Below, in pieces: positions 10,181 to 17,592 of a stretch of 64,000 nucleotides of DNA. The stretch spans positions 2,976,001 to 3,040,000 of the forward strand of contig OY781945.1 in the NCBI GenBank assembly GCA_963677435.1, given 5' to 3'. Position numbers and translations under genes: made by a program. Below the pieces are notes generated by a model, which worked only from the letters and a program-made list of their open reading frames with translations, was not told the DNA's origin and did not search any database. Position 1 is the stretch's first letter. Every line of letters begins with the position of its first letter. This DNA comes from an uncultured Aliarcobacter sp. (GTDB lineage Bacteria > Campylobacterota > Campylobacteria > Campylobacterales > Arcobacteraceae).

Positions 10181-10195
10181 ATTTTTCTTTCTTTT

Positions 10196-11668
10196 TTATT
10201 TTAAAATTACTTCCACTTCATCTAAACCTTTTAAAGCTGAGAATTTATTTAATAGTGTTGCTAGTTGAACTACATCACTATTTTTCATTCTAATACAGCC
10301 AGCAGATTCATTTGTTCCTAGTGTTTTTTCATTTAGTGTTCCATGAATTCTATAAGTACTTTTTCCATTTACTTCATGGGTAAGATTTATTTTTGCAGCA
10401 CCCATATAGTTGTATTTATCACCAGGAGGTACAACATTTGGAAGATTTATTCCTCTTTTTTTGAAGCTTTTTATAGTATCAGTTGTTGGATACCATACTG
10501 GATTTAATGATATTCTAGAAATTCTTCCAACACCAAAAGGTTTTTGTATATTGTCTTTTCCTGTTGATACAATATAAGTTTTTAGCTCTTGAAATTCATC
10601 ATCAATTTTTGCTTTTAATGTCATTCTATTTTTTACAGAATCAACTTCAATTAGTATTTCTTCATATTCTGATACATTCTTCAAAGGATCAAAATTAGCA
10701 CTTTTTTTTATCACTTTTACAAGTGCAGGTTTTTTCTCACTTTGAAACATAATTCTTCGAGGGCCATCATTCTCAAGGCTTTTTATTAATTTATTCATTT
10801 TTGGAACAGGTGGTAATTTTGGAGCTTTTGCCTCTTCTGCTTTATCAAACTCATCCATACTTATTTGTTTTAGCTCTTCTTCGTATTCTTTTTGATTATT
10901 TACAATTGTTTTTTTCGGTATTTCAACTGGCTTTGAAATCTCTTTTTCTACAACTTTTTTTGCTTCTACAATTTTTGGTTCAACAACTTTTTCTTCTATA
11001 GATTTTGCTTCTTCAACTCTTTTTATTTGCTGTATTTTTTGTTCTTCTACTTTTGTTTCTACTACTTTTTTTTGTTCATGAATTTCTGATTCAACTTCTT
11101 TTTGTTCTATTACTTCTACTTTAAATTTTGCAGGAACAATTGTTTTTTTCTCTTTTTTATAAGAGCCTTTTGAAAGATTTTGTCCCTCTTCAAAAGGATA
11201 TGAACTTACTAATTGTAACTGCTCAGGACTTGGAGCATTTGAAACAAATTCTAATGATTCATCGTACTTTTCAGTTTTTTCTTTGATAGGTTCATTTTGT
11301 ATAATCGTTTCTTTCATAGGTGTTGATAAATCAATAAATTCTTCACTTTTATTTTTTAGTGTTAAAATATTATTTGGTAATTTTTTAATAAATGGATTTT
11401 GTTTTTTTACATATTTTGAAGAAAATTTCATTGCATATTTTGCACTATTCTCATCACCATAAATTCCCAAATATGTTAGATATTTATTACTGTTATCTTT
11501 AATTATAAATACATCTGTAAGAGATTCATCAATTAGTTTTTGTTTGCATTGTATTGCATTTTCAAGACTTGATGTTATACAAACAGAAATACTATATTTT
11601 TCATTTGCAGCATAAATAGATGAGTTACTAATAAGTAGTAAAAATAAAGGCCAAACTTTTTTTATCAT
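10196..11668 (-). CDS. L,D-transpeptidase (YkuD family) with an N-terminal SPOR-like domain and a K/E-rich linker
   Basis: C-terminal IHGT...SAGCIRM catalytic motif, VSTG and NPVWYP; signal peptide; SPOR-like YLTYLGIY...A pattern. Confidence 0.88.
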   Translation of the reverse strand: MIKKVWPLFLLLISNSSIYAANEKYSISVCITSSLENAIQCKQKLIDESLTDVFIIKDNSNKYLTYLGIYGDENSAKYAMKFSSKYVKKQNPFIKKLPNNILTLKNKSEEFIDLSTPMKETIIQNEPIKEKTEKYDESLEFVSNAPSPEQLQLVSSYPFEEGQNLSKGSYKKEKKTIVPAKFKVEVIEQKEVESEIHEQKKVVETKVEEQKIQQIKRVEEAKSIEEKVVEPKIVEAKKVVEKEISKPVEIPKKTIVNNQKEYEEELKQISMDEFDKAEEAKAPKLPPVPKMNKLIKSLENDGPRRIMFQSEKKPALVKVIKKSANFDPLKNVSEYEEILIEVDSVKNRMTLKAKIDDEFQELKTYIVSTGKDNIQKPFGVGRISRISLNPVWYPTTDTIKSFKKRGINLPNVVPPGDKYNYMGAAKINLTHEVNGKSTYRIHGTLNEKTLGTNESAGCIRMKNSDVVQLATLLNKFSALKGLDEVEVILK

Positions 11669-11835
11669 TTTTTATATGATTCCTATTCTTGTCATTTTAG
11701 TATTTTACCTTTTAATTCTTATAAAGTTGCAAAATAATTATAATGTTTAATAGAATAACAAAAATTTTATACTAAAAAATAATAAATATGCTAAACTTGC
11801 AAATTAATTTATATATGTTTTCATAAGGAATATTT

Positions 11836-13056
11836 ATGTTATCAAACGACAGTTTTATTGATTTAGGCACAAAATTTCAAACTACTTGCAAACCAATGTC
11901 AAGAATATTTATTTTACTTACAATTCCTACAGCATTATTTGCATTAATAATTTTATGTTATCTTGGTAAATTGCCATTAAAAGTCGAAATTCACAGTGTT
12001 ATTTTAATAGGATTTATCTATTTTATTTACCTATTTTTTACAAGACACAATGCTTATTATGCTTCATGCAAATTCAAAACTCAACAAGAGGGAATGTTTT
12101 TTTCTCTAAAAGATTATGTTGATAATAACTTATTAACAATTGATAATATCACAAAAGCAAATGGAAGTGTTGATGACTTTTTAAAAGATTATACAAGTAA
12201 TCTAAGAAATAACAATTTTTCTTCAATTGCTTCAAGTATTTTCCCAACTCTTGGTATTTTAGGAACTTTTATATCAATTGCGCTTAGTATGCCAGATTTT
12301 TCATCAGGAACTACAGATGCCCTTGAAAAAGAGATTTCACTTCTTTTAGGTGGAGTTGGAACTGCATTTTATGTTTCAATTTTTGGTATATTTTTATCGA
12401 TTTGGTGGACTTTTTTTGAAAAAATTGGAATGAGTAGATTTGAACATGATACTTATTTAATCAAAGAAGATACAAAAACATTTTTCTGGACAAAAATTGA
12501 TATTGAATCAATTCACATAAAAAGTAATCTTGATAACTTCTCTAAAATGTCAGAAGTATTTGAAAAATTAACTTCAAGTGATATGATGGATAATATAAAT
12601 CTTTTAATAGAAAAAAGAGTTGGCTTACTTGATGATATTTTGAAAAAAGAGCTTTTACTTTCTACTAAAATTGATGATAATATCGATAATAATGAAAAAT
12701 TATCTCTGATGTTAAGGGATATGACTTTAAATATGAGTACAACAATAAAAAGCTTTGAACATCAAAAAGATTCTTATGTATTAAGTGCTCAATTACTAAA
12801 TAATAGTATTGAAAAATTAAATAATCATTTAGACAACTTAAGCTCAGATAATTTAAAAGCAATTTATACAAATATTATCAAAAGTATTGAAACTATGAAA
12901 AGTGATATGGAGAAGATTGAGTGGAAATTCAAACAAGGTCTTGATGAATATGATGCGAAGTTTACAGATAAATTACAAAATTCATTAGAATCAATAGATG
13001 AACAAACAGTAAAAATTATTGAAGATTTAACACAATTTAAAGAACTATCAAAGTAG
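11836..13056 (+). CDS. MotA/TolQ/ExbB proton-channel family protein with a long cytoplasmic helical tail (ZorA-like)
   Basis: Four TM segments; PTLGILGTFISI and LLGGVGTAFYVSIFGI motifs; about 210-aa heptad-rich C-terminal tail. Confidence 0.85.
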   Translation: MLSNDSFIDLGTKFQTTCKPMSRIFILLTIPTALFALIILCYLGKLPLKVEIHSVILIGFIYFIYLFFTRHNAYYASCKFKTQQEGMFFSLKDYVDNNLLTIDNITKANGSVDDFLKDYTSNLRNNNFSSIASSIFPTLGILGTFISIALSMPDFSSGTTDALEKEISLLLGGVGTAFYVSIFGIFLSIWWTFFEKIGMSRFEHDTYLIKEDTKTFFWTKIDIESIHIKSNLDNFSKMSEVFEKLTSSDMMDNINLLIEKRVGLLDDILKKELLLSTKIDDNIDNNEKLSLMLRDMTLNMSTTIKSFEHQKDSYVLSAQLLNNSIEKLNNHLDNLSSDNLKAIYTNIIKSIETMKSDMEKIEWKFKQGLDEYDAKFTDKLQNSLESIDEQTVKIIEDLTQFKELSK

Positions 13057-13062
13057 CCATAA

Positions 13063-14097
13063 ATGTATAAAAACGAACAAAAAAACGAAGATAACTTTTG
13101 GATTTCATATGCAGATTTAATGGCTGGATTACTTTTCGTATTTATTTTAGTAATTGGGGCAATTGTAATTAGATACCTTTACACCCAAAAAACTTTAGAA
13201 AATGAGAAGTTTGCCCTAAGTCAAAGCCAAGAAGCCTTAATAAATAAAAATGAAGTATTAAGTAAATTAAATGATTTACTTAAAAAACTTGAAGAAGAAA
13301 AAACTGAACTTTCTAATCAATTGTCAAAATCAAATGAAACAATACAATTAAATAATGTAGAGCTTCAAAAACTAAAAGATTTATTATTAGGTTATGAATT
13401 AAAAGATAAAGAACAAGCAGATGCTAACTCAAAATTAGCAGAAGATCTTGCAAATAGTCAAAATCAAATAACTCTAAAAGATAATGAATTAACTGTTTTA
13501 GTAAATAAACTATTAGAGCAAGAAAAAGCTCACCAAAAAACTGTTGAAGAGTTTGATATTACAAAAGCTAAAATCAAAAGCTTAACGGGAATAAAACTAA
13601 ATGTTATTACAAAATTAAAAGAGAGATTAGGAAAATCTATAAATATAGATGAGAAAAGTGGAGCTATAAAATTCTCTTCAAATATTTTATTTGACCAAGG
13701 TGCATATAAATTAAAAGAAGATTCAAAAAAAGAGTTAGATGGAATCTTAAAAAAATATATCTCTACACTTCTTGAAGATAAAGAGATTAGAAAATATATC
13801 TACGGAATTACGATTGAAGGGCATACAAATAGTGATGGTTCATATTTAAGTAACTTACAACTTTCTCAACAAAGAGCTTTAGAAGTTATGCAGTTTTTAT
13901 ATGAAACAAGTGGAATTGACAAAAACTTATTAAATAAATATGTAAGTTCAAGTGGAAAATCATCTTCTGAATTAATTTATAATAAAGATGGTTCTGAAGA
14001 TAAAGATAATTCAAGAAGAATAGAAATTAAATTTATCATCAAAAATGATGAAGCAGTAAAAGAACTTCAAAACTATCTAGGAACAAAAAATGAGTGA
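13063..14097 (+). CDS. MotB/OmpA family membrane protein (ZorB-like)
   Basis: FWISYADLMAGLL TM segment with the conserved Asp (D18), long coiled coil, OmpA-like peptidoglycan-binding domain (IEGHT, NLQLSQQRA, RRIEI). Confidence 0.87.
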   Translation: MYKNEQKNEDNFWISYADLMAGLLFVFILVIGAIVIRYLYTQKTLENEKFALSQSQEALINKNEVLSKLNDLLKKLEEEKTELSNQLSKSNETIQLNNVELQKLKDLLLGYELKDKEQADANSKLAEDLANSQNQITLKDNELTVLVNKLLEQEKAHQKTVEEFDITKAKIKSLTGIKLNVITKLKERLGKSINIDEKSGAIKFSSNILFDQGAYKLKEDSKKELDGILKKYISTLLEDKEIRKYIYGITIEGHTNSDGSYLSNLQLSQQRALEVMQFLYETSGIDKNLLNKYVSSSGKSSSELIYNKDGSEDKDNSRRIEIKFIIKNDEAVKELQNYLGTKNE

Positions 14098-14215
14098 AAA
14101 ACTCTATGAACCTAAAAAACTAGAAGCTCTAAGAGCTGATGTAAGTGAAAAACTAAAGAAGAAAAGTAAATTTTCTTTCTTTAGAAAAATCAAAAGATTT
14201 TTCTTCGGAAAATAA
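14090..14215 (+). CDS. Unannotated 41-aa basic peptide with an amphipathic C-terminus
   Basis: MSEKLYEPKKLEALRADVSEKLKKKSKFSFFRKIKRFFFGK; ATGAGTGA overlap with the upstream stop; AGGA RBS at 14079-14082; below the ORF-track length cutoff. Confidence 0.65.
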   Translation: MSEKLYEPKKLEALRADVSEKLKKKSKFSFFRKIKRFFFGK

Positions 14216-14224
14216 AATTTTCTT

Positions 14225-15202
14225 CTAATTTCTTCTCTGACCTGGTTTTGGAGGAGTTACTTCTTTTTGTAAATCAATACTTAGATTATTATAAAAAAGT
14301 TCCCCGTAATTTGTCTCTCTATTTATTACTTCATATGCTTGTTTTATATCATTATTATATTTTAGTGCATCTTGTAAAATTTTTATGATTTTTACTGATT
14401 CCAAAAAATTCACATGTGATGGTGCTTCAAGTGGTGAAGAGTAATATTTGTGCATTCGCTCAACTAGTGATTTATTTCTAATTTCAATAAATACAGACTC
14501 TATTGGTGATTTAAAAAACAGCACCTTTTGTTTTACATTTATTGAAATATATGTTGTTTCCATTCCATAAATTTTTCTTGAATATGAATCAAATAAAAAA
14601 AGTTTTTTATTATAGTTATTGTTAAAAAGTTCATAGATTAACTCTAAGATTTTTATCTTCTCTTCTTTTGTATAAAAGTTTCCAATAATTGCAAAACAAA
14701 AAGATAATATTGATTTAATTGAATACCATTCTGTTGTATCATAATCATATCTTAACATCTGATCAATTCTTGCTTGTTTTAATTCTTCTATATCAGAACT
14801 AGTAGTTGTTTTGTACACTTTTCGTACAGCAGAGTCTCTATACATGGGTCCTGGAAACTGTGCTTGAATAACAAATCTTCTATTTTGTTCTTGTTCCATT
14901 ATATATTTTAATCGCCCATGATAGTCTTCATCAATAATTCTTACTTCTTTTTGAGGTATTTGAGTTATTGATTTTAAAAACTCTTCACCATAACAACCAT
15001 CTTCCCAAATATAATCAGGATACCTAAATGTTTGACAAATTTTGTCTCGTATCTCTTTATTGGGTTCTATATCTGTAACCTTATCAATCCACGATGTAAC
15101 CGTTCTTCTATCTTTATTTAATAATACTGCAAATTTAGAAATACTCAAGTTTGATCTTTTGAAAATTTCTATAAATTTTTCTATTGAATTTTTGTAATTC
15201 AT
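14225..15202 (-). CDS. Putative transcriptional regulator: N-terminal XRE-type HTH plus DUF5753-like C-terminal domain
   Basis: SISKFAVLLNKDRRTVTSWI...PN HTH pattern; C-terminal FPG..., ARxxQ.L and final helix pattern; AAGG RBS; divergent from prpB. Confidence 0.6.
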   Translation of the reverse strand: MNYKNSIEKFIEIFKRSNLSISKFAVLLNKDRRTVTSWIDKVTDIEPNKEIRDKICQTFRYPDYIWEDGCYGEEFLKSITQIPQKEVRIIDEDYHGRLKYIMEQEQNRRFVIQAQFPGPMYRDSAVRKVYKTTTSSDIEELKQARIDQMLRYDYDTTEWYSIKSILSFCFAIIGNFYTKEEKIKILELIYELFNNNYNKKLFLFDSYSRKIYGMETTYISINVKQKVLFFKSPIESVFIEIRNKSLVERMHKYYSSPLEAPSHVNFLESVKIIKILQDALKYNNDIKQAYEVINRETNYGELFYNNLSIDLQKEVTPPKPGQRRN

Positions 15203-15347
15203 AATTACACCTTAAAGTAATATTTTTAATATTGTACCATTTTTTACAAAATAAGCAAGTATTGTACATTTAATAAAATAATTTAAAAAAGTTGTGGTTT
15301 CTATTACAAATATCATACACCACTACTATGTTTAAATCATGTATAAT
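15193..15347. promoter_or_regulatory. Divergent control region with TGT...ACA palindromes and a TATAAT -10 element for prpB
   Basis: TTGT-N10-ACAA at 15232-15249 and 15292-15309, a TTGT half-site at 15262, TGTAATT-CAT-AATTACA at 15193-15209, TATAAT at 15342-15347. Confidence 0.55.
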
Positions 15348-15377
15348 AATTTCATAACTTAAATTTAAAGGATGTGT

Positions 15378-16262
15378 ATGAGCGCAGGAAAAAAATTTAG
15401 AGAAGCCTTGAAAGAAAAGTCTCCTTTACAAATCGTAGGAACTATTAATGCTTACCAAGCATTACAAGCAACAAAAGTAGGACATAAAGCAATTTACCTA
15501 TCAGGTGGAGGTATTGCAAATGCTTCTTACGGTTTACCAGACTTAGGTATGACAATGATTGAAGATGTATGTATTGATGTTAGAAGAATTACTTCTATTT
15601 GTGATACTCCATTAATTGTTGATGCTGATACTGGTTGGGGACATGCATTTAATGTAGCTAGAACTGTTAAAGAATTTATCAGATCAGGTGCTGCTGGACT
15701 TCATATTGAAGATCAAGTTGCTGCAAAAAGATGTGGACACAGACCAAATAAAGAGTTAGTATCTACTGAAGAAATGTGTGACAGAATTAGAGCTGCTGTT
15801 GATGCTAAAATGCAATTAGATCCAGATTTCTATATTATTGCTAGAACTGATGCACATGCATCTGAAGGTCAACAAGCTGCAATCGACAGAGCAAAAGCTT
15901 ATGTTGAAGCTGGAGCAGATGCAATTTTCGCAGAAGCTGTTCACACTTTAAAAGAGTACAAAGAATTTACAGATCAAATGTCTGTTCCAGTACTTGCAAA
16001 TATTACTGAATTTGGAGCAACTCCAATGTTCACTACTGAAGAATTAGCTTCTGTAGGAATTGATATGGTTCTTTACCCATTATCAGCGTTTAGAGCAATG
16101 AATAAAGCTGCACTTGCAGTTTACCAAGAGTTAAAAGACAAAGGTACTCAAGAAGGTGTTCTTGATACTATGCAAACAAGAATGGAATTATATGATATGT
16201 TAAATTACCATGCTTATGAGCAAAAAATGGATGAATTATTTTCAAAAGGTAAAGCTAAGTAA
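15378..16262 (+). CDS. prpB: 2-methylisocitrate lyase
   Basis: KRCGHRP active-site motif, SGGG and VDADTG; start placed after the AAGGA RBS. Confidence 0.97.
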   Translation: MSAGKKFREALKEKSPLQIVGTINAYQALQATKVGHKAIYLSGGGIANASYGLPDLGMTMIEDVCIDVRRITSICDTPLIVDADTGWGHAFNVARTVKEFIRSGAAGLHIEDQVAAKRCGHRPNKELVSTEEMCDRIRAAVDAKMQLDPDFYIIARTDAHASEGQQAAIDRAKAYVEAGADAIFAEAVHTLKEYKEFTDQMSVPVLANITEFGATPMFTTEELASVGIDMVLYPLSAFRAMNKAALAVYQELKDKGTQEGVLDTMQTRMELYDMLNYHAYEQKMDELFSKGKAK

Positions 16263-16316
16263 TTAGCTTTATCTCACCAATATTAAACAAAATTATACTT
16301 AAACTAAGGGGAAAAT

Positions 16317-17471
16317 ATGAGTACTGAAACAACTACAGCGTTTAAACCAAAAAAATCTGTTGCACTATCTGGTCAATCTGCAGGAAATACTGCTATTTGT
16401 ACGGTTGGTAAAAGTGGAAATGACTTACACTATAGAGGTTATGATATTTTAGAATTTGCTAGCACTGCAGAATTTGAAGAAATTGCATATCTAATTGTTC
16501 ATGAAAAACTACCTACTAAAGCTGAGTTAGCTGCTTATAAAACTAAATTACAAGGTTTAAGAGACATTCCAGCAGGTGTTAAAATTGCATTAGAGCAATT
16601 ACCAAAAACTACTCACCCAATGGATGTTATGAGAACAGGTTGTTCAGTTCTTGGAGCTATTATGTCTGAAGATGAGTCTCATCCAAAAGAAGGAGCTCAA
16701 GCTATCATTGATAAATTAATGGCATCATTTGGTTCTATGTTATGTTACTGGTACCACTTTGCATATAATGGAAAAAGAATTGATGTTGTAACGGATGATG
16801 ATTCAGTTGGTGGTCACTTCTTACACCTTTTACATGGTGAAAAACCAAGAGAATCTTGGGTTAAAGCTATGCATACATCTTTAATTTTATATGCAGAGCA
16901 TGAGTTTAATGCATCTACATTTACTTCAAGAGTAATTGCTGGAACTAATTCAGATATGTTCTCTTGTATCACTGGTGCAATCGGAGCATTAAGAGGTCCT
17001 AAACATGGTGGAGCTAATGAAGTAGCATTTTATATTCAAGAAAGATATTCATCAGCTGATGAAGCAGAAAAAGATATCTTAGAAAGAATGGCTAAAAAAG
17101 AGATTATTATTGGTTTTGGACACCCAGTTTATACTTCATGTGATCCAAGAAATGTAGTAATTAAAAAAGTTGCTGAAAGTTTATCAAAAGAGAACAACAA
17201 TACATTAATGTATGATGTTGCAGAAAGAATTGAAACAATCATGTGGGATAACAAAAAAATGTTCCCTAACTTAGATTGGTTCTCAGCAGTTTCTTATAAC
17301 CAAATGGGAATTCCAACAGATATGTTTACTCCAATTTTCATTATTGCTAGAGTTACTGGATGGGGAGCACATGCAATCGAGCAAAGAGAAGATGGAAAAA
17401 TCATTAGACCATCAGCTACTTATACAGGACCTGAAGGTTTAAAATTCGTTCCATTAGAAGATAGAAAATAA
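16317..17471 (+). CDS. prpC: 2-methylcitrate synthase
   Basis: Motifs [33 protein letters not shown] and FPNLDWF. Confidence 0.96.
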   Translation: MSTETTTAFKPKKSVALSGQSAGNTAICTVGKSGNDLHYRGYDILEFASTAEFEEIAYLIVHEKLPTKAELAAYKTKLQGLRDIPAGVKIALEQLPKTTHPMDVMRTGCSVLGAIMSEDESHPKEGAQAIIDKLMASFGSMLCYWYHFAYNGKRIDVVTDDDSVGGHFLHLLHGEKPRESWVKAMHTSLILYAEHEFNASTFTSRVIAGTNSDMFSCITGAIGALRGPKHGGANEVAFYIQERYSSADEAEKDILERMAKKEIIIGFGHPVYTSCDPRNVVIKKVAESLSKENNNTLMYDVAERIETIMWDNKKMFPNLDWFSAVSYNQMGIPTDMFTPIFIIARVTGWGAHAIEQREDGKIIRPSATYTGPEGLKFVPLEDRK

Positions 17472-17536
17472 TTATCTTTTTCTTTTAAAATCTAGGAAAG
17501 ACCTTACAAAATATACAGTGCTAATCTTAGCAAAAT

Positions 17537-17566
17537 AAAAGGATGGGAGAAATTCCATCCTTTTTT
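17537..17566 (+). terminator. Intrinsic terminator-like hairpin between prpC and acnD
   Basis: AAAAGGATGG...CCATCCTTTTTT. Confidence 0.65.
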
Positions 17567-17592
17567 AAAATTAAATATATGGATATAAAAAA

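Noticed and set aside
11836..14097. Calling the pair a complete Zorya system or flagellar motAB
   Set aside because: No zorC/D/E-like gene is adjacent; the long A-subunit tail and lack of flagellar context argue against motAB. Kept only as ZorAB-like
14090..15202. Toxin-antitoxin or Scr1/Scr2 pair formed by the XRE protein and the 41-aa peptide
   Set aside because: The genes are convergent, the peptide is coupled to the upstream operon, and it lacks DUF397 features
15232..15309. TGT-N10-ACA read as NifA upstream activator sequences
   Set aside because: No sigma54 GG-N10-GC promoter is evident before prpB and the context is unrelated; a TATAAT -10 is present instead
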